Source: an uncultured Leptospirales bacterium
GTDB lineage: Bacteria; Spirochaetota; UBA4802; UBA5550
Assembly: GCA_964554685.1 (NCBI GenBank)
Contig: CAZKPR010000020.1
Coordinates: forward strand, 4,536-28,535
Direction of reading: 5' to 3'
Length of the DNA: 24,000 nucleotides
Shown here: in pieces, positions 1-8,501 of the stretch
How the letters are laid out: each line of letters begins with the position of its first letter
Position numbering within the stretch: the first letter of the stretch is position 1
Notes under the pieces: generated by a model
The model's database searches: none
The model's input: the letters and a program-made list of their open reading frames with translations, nothing else
What the model was told of the DNA's origin: nothing
Translations under genes and position numbers: made by a program

Positions 1-703
1 CCTCGGCGGGGTCGTAGTAGATGTGGCGCTCGACGTCGGTCGCCTTCTCGAGCATCTCTTCAGGGGAATCGTATCCGAATATTTCCGCCATGGCGGCATT
101 GACGAAGGTGAGCCCGCCGGGATAGGAGTATTTGAATATTCCCACGGGGCTTTTATGCACCGATTCGCGGTATTCCTCCCTGCTCCTCCGGATATCATCT
201 TCGCCCCGCTTCCGGTCGGTAATGTCGATAACCATGGAGAGAAGGCATGGCGCGCCGTCAACGGTCATGATGTTCCCTGAAAAAAGGCAGTCACGTATCT
301 CCCCGGACTTGCGCCGCAATCTCGTCTCGAAATTGCCGATTGAACCCCGTTCCCTGACCTGGCGTATCATCTCATCCCGCTGCGCCGGATCCGCCCAGAT
401 GTTGAGCTCGCCGGTCATTCTGCCGATAATCTCGCGTTCACGGTAACCGGTAAGATCAAGGAGTGCCCTGTTGACGCTGACCACGATTCCCTCGTCGAGG
501 GTGGTGACGGCGCTCGCGGCGGGATTCATGGAAAACATCGACTGGAAAAGTCCCGGTGAGGAAAGTTTTTTCAAACCGGGCCCGGGGACGGGCGTACCCC
601 TGCCCTTTTTCCGGACCGCCCCTCGGGACGATCCTCCTTTCGCCGGGGCCTCGGCGCCCTTTCCGGTCTCTTTTCTTCGCATCGCGATCCCATGCGCCGC
701 CAT
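1..703 (-). CDS. PAS-domain sensory protein, N-terminal part (gene runs off the left edge of the window)
   Basis: Absent from the ORF track because it is open at the window edge. My own minus-strand translation from ATG 703 (in-frame alternatives at 682 and 529; in-frame TGA just upstream of 703) reads MAAHGIAMRRKETGKG...SMFSMNPAASAVTTLDEGIVVSVNRALLDLTGYREREIIGRMTGELNIWADPAQRDEMIRQVRERGSIGNFETRLRRKSGEIRDCLFSGNIMTVDGAPCLLSMVIDITDRKRGEDDIRRSREEYRESVHKSPVGIFKYSYPGGLTFVNAAMAEIFGYDSPEEMLEK... This is one complete PAS/PAC unit plus the start of a second. There is no stop down to position 1. The start codon is uncertain. Confidence 0.7.
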   Translation of the reverse strand, partial: MAAHGIAMRRKETGKGAEAPAKGGSSRGAVRKKGRGTPVPGPGLKKLSSPGLFQSMFSMNPAASAVTTLDEGIVVSVNRALLDLTGYREREIIGRMTGELNIWADPAQRDEMIRQVRERGSIGNFETRLRRKSGEIRDCLFSGNIMTVDGAPCLLSMVIDITDRKRGEDDIRRSREEYRESVHKSPVGIFKYSYPGGLTFVNAAMAEIFGYDSPEEMLEKATDVERHIYYDPAE

Positions 704-916
704 GTAGCGGCGCGCCTCGTGCCTGCATCTGCATCTCACTAATCACCATTCCATCACTTATGACAAGAAATTAATGTGCGGGGCCGGCTCCTTTTTTCCT
801 TGATTTTGGCGGGAATCCTCCCTATCACGTGAATGGCCCCGTCACACGCCTTTCTTGCGGGAATCGTATCCCGGGGGCCGCATCGCGCATCCATCATCGC
901 GACAGGGAGGCCTTCC

Positions 917-1684
917 ATGAGCTACACCGCCATCGCCCTTGACACAAGGGAATTCGTCACCAGGATCACCCTGAACCGACCACCGGCAAATTCGATCAAT
1001 CTCGCCATGAGGGAGGAACTTGACCGGGCGTTTACCGAAATTGAAACGGACCGCGGCACCCGTGTCGTTCTCATTACCGGGGCCGGCGAGAAGGGATTCT
1101 CCGCCGGCATGGACGTGTCGGACGTGGGCAATCTCCACAACGGGCCCGACGCCATCGAGCTCTTCAACCGCATCGACCGCTATCCCAAGCCGGTCATCGC
1201 GGGGATCAACGGCTACTGCCTGGGCGGCGGCTGTGAACTCGCCCTGGCGTGCCATTTCCGCCTCATGAGCGACTCCCCGGGAGCGAAGATCGGCTGCCCG
1301 GAGCTGAACCTGGGCATCACGCCGGGATGGGGAGGCATCCAGCGCATGGCGCGTCTTCTCGGAAAGCCGAGGGCCCTCGACCTGATCCTCTTCAGCAGGA
1401 GACTCGCGGCGCCCGAGGCCCTCGACGCGGGCCTCGTCGACCGGGTGTTTCCCGCCGGTGAATTCATGGACCGCGTCATGGAATTCGCCTCCGCCCTGGC
1501 GAAGCGCCCCCCCCTGTCGGTGACTGCGGTGCTCCGCGGCATGACGGCGGGAATAGAAATGGGGATCGAGGAAGGCCTGCGAGTCGACCGTGAATGGTCG
1601 TCGAAGATCGCCTCCTCGGCGGACGCGCGGGAGGGATTCATCGCCTTTTCCCAGAAACGGGAGCCGGTGTTCACGGGGGAGTGA
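917..1684 (+). CDS. enoyl-CoA hydratase/isomerase (crotonase) family protein
   Basis: ORF 833..1684. Crotonase signatures are present: VLITGAGEKGFSAGMDV, GYCLGGGCELALACHFRL, CPELNLGITPGWGGIQRMARLLG. I prefer ATG 917 (MSYTAIAL...) because AGGGAGG lies 7 nt upstream, and the 28 codons upstream look non-crotonase. Confidence 0.85.
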   Translation: MSYTAIALDTREFVTRITLNRPPANSINLAMREELDRAFTEIETDRGTRVVLITGAGEKGFSAGMDVSDVGNLHNGPDAIELFNRIDRYPKPVIAGINGYCLGGGCELALACHFRLMSDSPGAKIGCPELNLGITPGWGGIQRMARLLGKPRALDLILFSRRLAAPEALDAGLVDRVFPAGEFMDRVMEFASALAKRPPLSVTAVLRGMTAGIEMGIEEGLRVDREWSSKIASSADAREGFIAFSQKREPVFTGE

Positions 1685-4282
1685 TCAGGAATCCAGGACC
1701 TCGCGTATCGTGTCCGCGAGGGTCTGGAAGGTGAAGGGCTTCTGGATGAAGTGGACGCCCTCCTCCATTATACCCCTCCGGGCGATAACCTCGTGCGTGT
1801 AACCCGACATGAACACCACCTTGATATCGTCCCTCATGGCGGAAACCTCGCGATAGAGCCGTCCCCCGTCGATCTTCGGCATGATCACGTCGGTGAGGAT
1901 ACAGTGAATATCGCCGGTGAAGCGCCTGATTATCTCCAGTGCCTCCTTCCCGTCCCGGGCCATGAGGGTACGGTAACCCAGGCGCGTGAGAATTTTCGCC
2001 GCCAGGTCGCGCACGGCCTCCTCGTCCTCCACCACCAGTATGGTCTCCCCGGCGCGGACGTCCGCGCTGCGCGGAACCTTCGAATCCGCCCTCGCCGGCT
2101 CCCCGTCCGTCAGGGGAAGATAGACGCGGAAGGTTGATCCCCGGCCCGGAACGCTGCTCGCCCATATGAAGCCGTTATGCTGCCTCACTATTCCGTACAC
2201 CGTGGCCAGGCCGAGTCCAGTCCCCGCCTCCCTCGTGGTGAAGAAGGGCTCGAACACGTGTTCCAGCGTTTCCCCGTCCATGCCGCAGCCGGTATCCGCG
2301 ATCGAGAGCAGGGCGTGGTCGCCCGCCGAGGCCTCGGGATGGCGCTTCGCGAATTCGCCGTCAATCGTCGCGCGGGAGATCTCGACGGTGAGCACGCCTC
2401 CCTCCGGCATCGCCTCCTGGGCGTTCACCGCGAGGTTGATGAGGATCTGCTCTATCTGGGCGGGATCGGTCCGTATGGCGCAGACTTCCGCGGGGACCCG
2501 CATGACGATCTCGATGTCCTCGCGTATGGTTCTCCTGAGTATCTTCCTGAAGCCCGTGACCGCCCTTCCGAGGTCCACGGTCTTCATCACGAACACCTGC
2601 TTCCGGCTGAAGGCCAGGAGCTGGCGCGTGATGTCCCTGGCGCGCTCCGCCGCCTCCTTGATCTGTATGAGACCGTCGAGATGGGCCTCATCCATGGGCG
2701 CGTCAAGGAGCAGCATGTCGGCGTAGCCGATGATCGGTGTCAGCATGTTGTTGAGGTCGTGGGCAACGCCGCCGGCGAGCCTGCCGATCGATTCCATCTT
2801 GCGTGACTGGAAAAGCTCCCCCTCGAGCCTCCTGCGCTCGGTGATGTCAAGGGCAAGGGAGAGTATCTCCTCCACCCTCCCCTCGCTGCCGCGGAACACC
2901 GTGTTGCTCCACTCGCAGGTGATGATCTCCCCGCGCCTGGTCAGGTTGCGGTTAATGCCCCGGCTCGGCAGGGCTCCGGCCACCATCCGCTCCACGGCTT
3001 TCCCGACGCCGGGCCGGTCCGAATCAGGCACCAGGAAATCCAGGAAATCCCTGCCCTTCACCTCGTCGCGGGACCACCCGAACATCTCCTCGGCGCGCCG
3101 ATTCCATCCCGTGACGCGGCGGCTCCCGTCCCAGAGGACGAAGGCAAGGGGGGCGACCTCGTACACGGTGTGGTAGCGGCGCTCGCTCTCGGCGAGGAGG
3201 CGCGCCATCGTCTTCTCCTCCGTCACGTCCCTGACGATTCCGCGAAATCCCGTCGGCGTACCGGACGCGTCGCGTATCAGCGATACCGACGCCTCGACGA
3301 TCCGTTTTCCGCCGTTCTTCCGGATGATCTCCCAGTCGAAGGCCTGCACCGATTCACCCGTCCGGAACACCCTGTTGAACACCCGGAACACCTCCCGCGC
3401 GTTCTCCCCGTCCATGAAGTTCCGGTTGTTCATGCCGATCAGTTCCTCGGGCCCGTAGCCGAGGATGGTCACGAAGGAGCGGTTGAAGAGGGCGATGTTA
3501 CCCGCGAGGTCGACCTCGTAGTATCCCTCCTCCATGTTGTCGATGATGGCGCGGTATTTCTCCTCGCTCTGGGCGAGCTGCTCCTCGGCCCGCGTGCGCT
3601 CGGTGATGTCGATAAAGCTGGCCTGGATCATCGTCTCGCCGCCGATTTCCATCCTCGTGGCGAAGATCTCGAACCGGCCCACAGAGCCGTCCTTCCTGAT
3701 TGCGCGGAATTCATAGCGCGAGGGGACCGGCTTCCCCTCGAGCCCGTCGCGGTAGCGCCGGAAGAACATCTCCCGGTCTTCGGGATGGACCAGGCCGCGG
3801 AGGACCTCGGGCGTGGTGGCGCACAGCTCATCGACGCCGTAGCCGAGCATCTTCGCCAGGGCCATGTTTACAAAGACGACACGGGGCGGAAATCCGCGTA
3901 CAATGCTCACGCCCTGGATGGACCGGTCTACCAGGCAGCGGTACTTCTCTTCATATTCATCACCCTGGTCACCGCCACGCCCCCCCTTTCCCCCTGCCTC
4001 GCCGTCATCCCGGGCCGGGTCCGCGGCGCACCGTATCCGTTCGCGGAGCAGCTGTATCTCTTCAATGAGTTCCTTTCTGGTCATCTTCGGGTACTTCGTG
4101 AGGCCCGGTGCGGCGGGGGTGCGTTCGGATACGGGCGCGGGTGACGCGGACCGACGGGAGGGATCACCCCGGGCGGGTGAGCCCCGCTTATTGTCCGCCG
4201 CCGGGCCGCGATGCGTCTCCCTCCGCCCCTGGCGTGTTCCCGAGGAAGGGTTCGGGCGGGATTTTTTCCGGATTCCGGCCAT
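1685..4282 (-). CDS. hybrid sensor histidine kinase / response regulator with multiple PAS domains
   Basis: 865-aa ORF. It has a coiled-coil stretch, then about three PAS/PAC repeats (e.g. SIVRGFPPRVVFVNMALAKMLGY, IDNMEEGYYEVDLAGNIALFNRSF, VAPLAFVLWDGSRRVTGWNRRAEEMFGW). These are followed by the HisKA H-box (GRLAGGVAHDLNNMLTPIIGY), HATPase_c (NLAVNAQEAM...DTGCGMD...GTGLGLATVYGIVRQHNG) and a C-terminal receiver (ILVVEDEEAVRDL...ILTDVIMPKIDG...KVVFMSGY). GAGG lies 11 nt upstream of ATG 4282. An internal Met at 4084 (MTRKELIEEI) is an alternative start. Confidence 0.9.
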   Translation of the reverse strand: MAGIRKKSRPNPSSGTRQGRRETHRGPAADNKRGSPARGDPSRRSASPAPVSERTPAAPGLTKYPKMTRKELIEEIQLLRERIRCAADPARDDGEAGGKGGRGGDQGDEYEEKYRCLVDRSIQGVSIVRGFPPRVVFVNMALAKMLGYGVDELCATTPEVLRGLVHPEDREMFFRRYRDGLEGKPVPSRYEFRAIRKDGSVGRFEIFATRMEIGGETMIQASFIDITERTRAEEQLAQSEEKYRAIIDNMEEGYYEVDLAGNIALFNRSFVTILGYGPEELIGMNNRNFMDGENAREVFRVFNRVFRTGESVQAFDWEIIRKNGGKRIVEASVSLIRDASGTPTGFRGIVRDVTEEKTMARLLAESERRYHTVYEVAPLAFVLWDGSRRVTGWNRRAEEMFGWSRDEVKGRDFLDFLVPDSDRPGVGKAVERMVAGALPSRGINRNLTRRGEIITCEWSNTVFRGSEGRVEEILSLALDITERRRLEGELFQSRKMESIGRLAGGVAHDLNNMLTPIIGYADMLLLDAPMDEAHLDGLIQIKEAAERARDITRQLLAFSRKQVFVMKTVDLGRAVTGFRKILRRTIREDIEIVMRVPAEVCAIRTDPAQIEQILINLAVNAQEAMPEGGVLTVEISRATIDGEFAKRHPEASAGDHALLSIADTGCGMDGETLEHVFEPFFTTREAGTGLGLATVYGIVRQHNGFIWASSVPGRGSTFRVYLPLTDGEPARADSKVPRSADVRAGETILVVEDEEAVRDLAAKILTRLGYRTLMARDGKEALEIIRRFTGDIHCILTDVIMPKIDGGRLYREVSAMRDDIKVVFMSGYTHEVIARRGIMEEGVHFIQKPFTFQTLADTIREVLDS

Positions 4283-4351
4283 TTGTAACTACCTCACTCC
4301 CCTGATCGCCGCGAAGGGAACGGTGGTGCGACGCAGATGTACCGTACCAAC

Positions 4352-4380
4352 AGTATACGGAAATACAACACCGGTTTCAA
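4352..4380 (-). promoter_or_regulatory. sigma70-like promoter for the hybrid kinase gene
   Basis: The minus strand reads TTGAAA (4380-4375), a 17-nt spacer, then TATACT (4357-4352). This lies about 70 nt upstream of ATG 4282. Sequence match only. Confidence 0.45.
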
Positions 4381-4503
4381 GGATTTTTCAATTATCGGCG
4401 TGAAGCGGTGAATAGAGCGGAAGGTCGGCAGGGCAATGAGACGCGGAGGCGAAGCGTGGATCAGCCGAACACCCTGTTTGTGCTTGTGCCTGAACCGCGC
4501 CCC

Positions 4504-4533
4504 AACTCCTCCCCCCCTCGGGGGGGAGGAGTT
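4504..4533. terminator. GC-rich 13-bp perfect hairpin downstream of the MMPL gene
   Basis: AACTCCTCCCCCC (4504-4516), loop CTCG, GGGGGGAGGAGTT (4521-4533). It sits 28 nt past the MMPL stop (4561) and upstream of the kinase promoter. A short T-rich run (GTTTCT) follows only on the plus strand, so the U-tract for the minus-strand transcript is poor. Confidence 0.45.
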
Positions 4534-4560
4534 GTTTCTAAACAGGGAATGAGTCTCCGT

Positions 4561-7500
4561 TCAATTTTTTTCTCTGTCAAACCGTCCCCGCAGGGACTCC
4601 CACACCGTCTCGACGATCTCCCTGACGCGCTCCTCCAGTGCGAAGGGCTGCATCTTATTCAGGAATTCCGGCTTCAGCCAGTTGATCATCGCGGGGAGTA
4701 CCGTCAGGGCCATGGTCCCCGCCATGACCATGGAAAGGGTGACCAGGATACCCGAAAACCCTATGATCTTCAAGCTGGAGAAGCAGAGAACAGCGAAGCC
4801 GAGACCCACGGTGACGGTTGAAATGACGATGGCGAGACCCGTCGTCTGGAGGGTGTTCCGGTATGCCTCCTCGAAGTCGCACCCCTTGGTGATATGCTCG
4901 TACTTGAAGCGCTCCATGAAATGGATGCAGTAGTCGATTCCCGCCCCGATGGCCAGGGAGGCGTTGATCAGCGTGCTGTAGTTGATGGGGAATCCCAGGA
5001 ACCCCATGACCCCCAGGGTGATGATGACCGTGAATGATATCGGCACGGCGGCGAAGATCCCCCCGATGATCGAGCGGAAGATGAACACGCAGGCGAGGAA
5101 CACCACGAAGACGGTCAGTATCACCGACTGGATCTGGTTGACCAGGATGGATTCGTTCATGCGCAGGTTGATCGCCGGGAGACCCGAGATCACGATGCGT
5201 TCCACGTAGGGATCGTTCTTCGGAAATATCTCCCGGGCCATGCGGTAAAACTGCCGCTCGAATTCACGCAGGAAGTCGGCCTTGTCGCTCCTCATGAAGA
5301 CCACGTACTGCATCAGCTTGTAGTCGTCCGCCACCAGGTACCTGAACACGTCCTCCCGGGAGGCCTGGAACTGGCTCAGGCACACGCCGATGATGCTCCG
5401 GTCCGTGAGGGACCTGTCCTGGATCCCGTCGGCGGAGACGTCAGGAATCTTGTGGAACTCGGGGTTGTCGTCATGGTAGAAAACCCGGTAGATCAGCTTC
5501 AGGGTATCGGTGATGCTCATGATGTTGCCCACGGGGGCGATCTCGACGTCGCCGATGACCGCCCTGGGCTCCTTCAGCTCCTTCAGCTTCCTGCCGAGCA
5601 GCTCGAGCTTCCGCAGCGTCACGGGCTGGGTGATGTCCGTGTGGAAAAAGTCAGAGAGATAATAGAATGCTCCCTGGAACTCCTTCCCCGCCGGGGTTCG
5701 TTTCCCATCACGGATCGCCCTGATGAAGCCCGCTGCCTGCTCTTTCTCGCGCTCCGTGGTGATGGTGGTGATCCTCTCGACGATGCGATTGATGCCCGCC
5801 TCCTGCGGCGTAACCGCCGCGCCGATACCGCTCACCTTCTCGTAATCATCCGCCATGGCGCTCAGGTCATCCATCGCATCCCCGCCGGCCTCGGCCGCGG
5901 CCTTGTTTTTCCCGCTTTCCCGGTACTCGTAATACTCGTTCATGATGTCGGTGAAGACGCCGACCCGCTCCCGGATCGCCTCGCGGTTGGCCGCGACGTC
6001 GTTCTTCATTTTCTCCAGGTCCTCGATGATGAAGGTATCGACGGTGGGCGCTCCAGAGATAACGGGATTGGTCTTCTGGTACCGGCGGTACGCCGACGTG
6101 AAGGAGTCGATCCTCCGCGCAAGGTCCCCCCTGGCCTGGGGGCTCGAGAGATCGACCTCGTCCCTCATCTTGAAGACGATGCACATCTGCCCCGTGCCGG
6201 TGAGCTCCCGGTTGATGAACCGGTCCGCCTTGAGAATCGGGTTGCTCTCGAGGAACATGAAGGTGATGCTGCTCTCGGTTTTCAGGAAAAAGAGCCCCAC
6301 GAAGAATACCCCCGCGACGGCCAGGGCGCCGAAAAAGACCGCGCGGGAGTGGCGCGCGGTGTTCTCCCCTCCCTTCACCAGCACCTTCATCATCATCCGT
6401 TCCAGCTTCGTCTCCTTGATCCCCTCGGGCATGGGAAGGAGCGAAAGCACCGCCGGGATGAAGGTGTAGGTGAGGATCAGGTTGATCACGATGCCCAGGG
6501 AGACCAGGAGGCCGAGCCTCTGGATGTCGATAACGTCGATGGTGATGACCGAGAGGAAGGCGGTTATCGTGGTGACCGCCGAGAGGTTGATCGCCACGTC
6601 GATGCTGTCCGTGGTCTCGAGGAGGGCCTCCTTGACGGTCTTGCCCCCCGCCGCCGCGGCCTTTTCGTAGTAGCGTATCAGGTAGTGGATAACGTAGGAA
6701 CTGCCCACGGCGATGAGGATGCTCGGCATGGCGATGGTGCCGGAGGAAAACTCGATTCCCGCCATCAGCATGCCCCCCATGAGACAGGTGATGCTGATGA
6801 TCACCGTCGCGAGGGGAAGGAACATCCCCGTGGTGGTCCGTATGCTGAGGAACAGTATCAGGAGTATCACAAGGGTGGTGATGGTCATGAAGATCGACAT
6901 GTCGTTGACCACGAACTCCTCGAGGAGGGCCTCGGCGATGGGCCTCCCGGCGATGTAGATGGTCAGGTCCGGGGGTTTGTTCTTCTCCGAGATGTCGATG
7001 AAGAGCTTGTAGAGGTACCCCACGTCGTAAATGTTGGCCACGTTGTAGAGCTTGGATTCAAGGTTGTTCCTGCTGAAGCGGTCCATGTGACCGATCACGA
7101 AGGCGTAGATGTCGTCAATGAGGTCCTGGTAGGTAAGATCCACGTCGGAGCGCTCGTAGATCTCGTCTTTCTCGATCATCATGAAGACCCGCTCGAGATA
7201 CGCCCCGTTGACCTCGCTCTTCCTGAGATCGGCGTGAAAATCCCCGTAGTGCCGGCATATCGGGGAGAGGGTGTCTAGGAAAAAGCCCCGTATCCTTTTT
7301 TTGTTCCCGGACACCAGCTTCTCGATGTACGCGTCGTCGACGGTGGTCCCGTCAACGGTCTTGCCGTAAATGTTTCCCCTGAAATAGTAGTCCCTTCCGC
7401 TGAAGCGGTCGCGCAGGGCGTCGGCGTTCACCATCATGGGCATTTCCCTGCGGATGATCTCGAGCTTGTTGTCGAGGCGCTTCTCGACGGGTACCATTAC

Positions 7501-8118
7501 CGTGCAGGAGGTACCGTCGGCGGAGAAGAGGGTCCCCTTGAGGAGATCGTTTCCCATCAGCTCCTTCTGCAGATAGGGAATCATCTTCTCAAGGTCGGCG
7601 TCATTCCCTGGAAGCTTCTTCATCTTCTCGGGATCCGGATCCAGGAGACCCGCCTTTTTCCGGGCCTTGCTGGTCAGGTTGCCCACGACGATGGTGTTGT
7701 TCACCCTGTCCACCATGACGTCATCGGCGTTGATGACGCTCATGATCTGCCCCGGGGCGATCTGTGACGGCACCTCGACGGTTTCCTTTTTGCCGGTGAT
7801 GATCTTGTTATAGGTCTTGCTGACGGTCAGTTCCTGGAACCGCCTGGTCACATCCTCGAGGTAGCGGAGCGTCTCGACATTGAATATTCCCTTTTTGTCG
7901 TTCTCGACGCCGATAAGGATCATGTCCTTCATGGAGAACTTTTTCAGCGTCAGGTGGTAGTACTTGATGACGTCCATCTTGCGGGAAAAGCTCTTCATCG
8001 GGTCGACATTGATCGAGAACCGCGTTGCCAGCATGATGCCGAAAAAAACGGTGATGACGACGATGCAGGCGATGACCGTCCGGGGCCTGTTGATGGATAA
8101 ACGAACCAACCACTTCAT
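4561..8118 (-). CDS. MMPL / RND-superfamily exporter (COG1033-like, sterol-sensing-domain type), unusually long
   Basis: 1185-aa ORF with the architecture TM1, large loop, 5 TM, TM7, large loop, 5 TM. MMPL-type segments include SIFMTITTLVILLILFLSIRT, AMPSILIAVGSSYVIHYL and the C-terminal half GAGIDYCIHFMERF...LQTTGLAIVISTVTVGLGFAVLCFS. AAAGGA lies upstream of ATG 8118. Confidence 0.85.
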   Translation of the reverse strand: MKWLVRLSINRPRTVIACIVVITVFFGIMLATRFSINVDPMKSFSRKMDVIKYYHLTLKKFSMKDMILIGVENDKKGIFNVETLRYLEDVTRRFQELTVSKTYNKIITGKKETVEVPSQIAPGQIMSVINADDVMVDRVNNTIVVGNLTSKARKKAGLLDPDPEKMKKLPGNDADLEKMIPYLQKELMGNDLLKGTLFSADGTSCTVMVPVEKRLDNKLEIIRREMPMMVNADALRDRFSGRDYYFRGNIYGKTVDGTTVDDAYIEKLVSGNKKRIRGFFLDTLSPICRHYGDFHADLRKSEVNGAYLERVFMMIEKDEIYERSDVDLTYQDLIDDIYAFVIGHMDRFSRNNLESKLYNVANIYDVGYLYKLFIDISEKNKPPDLTIYIAGRPIAEALLEEFVVNDMSIFMTITTLVILLILFLSIRTTTGMFLPLATVIISITCLMGGMLMAGIEFSSGTIAMPSILIAVGSSYVIHYLIRYYEKAAAAGGKTVKEALLETTDSIDVAINLSAVTTITAFLSVITIDVIDIQRLGLLVSLGIVINLILTYTFIPAVLSLLPMPEGIKETKLERMMMKVLVKGGENTARHSRAVFFGALAVAGVFFVGLFFLKTESSITFMFLESNPILKADRFINRELTGTGQMCIVFKMRDEVDLSSPQARGDLARRIDSFTSAYRRYQKTNPVISGAPTVDTFIIEDLEKMKNDVAANREAIRERVGVFTDIMNEYYEYRESGKNKAAAEAGGDAMDDLSAMADDYEKVSGIGAAVTPQEAGINRIVERITTITTEREKEQAAGFIRAIRDGKRTPAGKEFQGAFYYLSDFFHTDITQPVTLRKLELLGRKLKELKEPRAVIGDVEIAPVGNIMSITDTLKLIYRVFYHDDNPEFHKIPDVSADGIQDRSLTDRSIIGVCLSQFQASREDVFRYLVADDYKLMQYVVFMRSDKADFLREFERQFYRMAREIFPKNDPYVERIVISGLPAINLRMNESILVNQIQSVILTVFVVFLACVFIFRSIIGGIFAAVPISFTVIITLGVMGFLGFPINYSTLINASLAIGAGIDYCIHFMERFKYEHITKGCDFEEAYRNTLQTTGLAIVISTVTVGLGFAVLCFSSLKIIGFSGILVTLSMVMAGTMALTVLPAMINWLKPEFLNKMQPFALEERVREIVETVWESLRGRFDREKN

Positions 8119-8265
8119 TGCGATGTCCTTTCTTCAAAAAATGTCATATGCCCGTCAAACCGGTGTGTGCACCGGATTGCGCGAAACGGGCATGCGCGTT
8201 CAGATATACGCCATGGGAAAGACAGCAGACGTCGCGAGGGCATTCATCATATCCGGCATTCCTCC

Positions 8266-8290
8266 TGTCTCTGTCTCTGTATATATATAT
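8266..8290. repeat. simple-sequence tract (TGTCTC)x2.5 followed by (AT)x5
   Basis: TGTCTCTGTCTCTGT (8266-8280) directly abuts ATATATATAT (8281-8290). It lies in the AT-rich divergent intergenic region between the MMPL gene and mntP. Confidence 0.6.
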
Positions 8291-8501
8291 GTTTAATCAC
8301 TGGAAGGCACCTTGGGGAAGGAAATTCTAAAAATCAATACTTATTTTAGGGGCGCGGCAAATATTTTGCCCGGCCCGGGCACGCGGGATCGCGCGGCAGG
8401 CATGGCCGGGCGACGGGATCATGTAATTATATTGACACGACGGGGCCACATATGAACGTTCTATACAAAACGCGGAATTACCGCGACCCCCTTGGAAGCA
8501 G

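Noticed and set aside
833-916. Longer 283-aa version of the crotonase gene starting at 833.
   Set aside because: There is no Shine-Dalgarno at 833, whereas AGGGAGG precedes ATG 917, and crotonase homology begins right after Met-917. It remains possible but is less likely.
4084-4282. Both PAS proteins (kinase aa 1-66, and the partial gene at 530-703) begin with Arg/Lys/Pro/Gly-rich disordered extensions, considered as a shared targeting or regulatory motif.
   Set aside because: The two extensions share composition but no alignable sequence. Both can be explained by over-extended start-codon choice in GC-rich DNA, since internal Met codons exist at 4084 and 529.
4408-4821. 137-aa plus-strand ORF spanning the hairpin at 4504-4533 and running into the 3' end of the MMPL gene.
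   Set aside because: It has low-complexity Arg/Pro/Gly content and no RBS. It overlaps the well-supported MMPL C-terminus, and the region is better explained as terminator plus promoter DNA.
5452-7278. 608-aa plus-strand ORF antisense to the MMPL gene. Similar long antisense ORFs occur at 3170..4144, 18271..19644, 19933..20799 and 21755..22510.
   Set aside because: Their composition is dominated by Arg, Gly, Asp, His, Val and Pro runs with no recognisable motifs. Each lies entirely opposite a gene with clear family signatures. This is the typical stop-codon-poor antisense frame of GC-rich DNA.
8432-8467. TTGACA at 8432-8437 as the -35 box of the mntP promoter.
   Set aside because: The nearest -10-like hexamers (TATGAA at 8451, TATACA at 8462) are 13 and 24 nt away, outside the 16-19 nt window. 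The element is more plausibly part of a structured leader.
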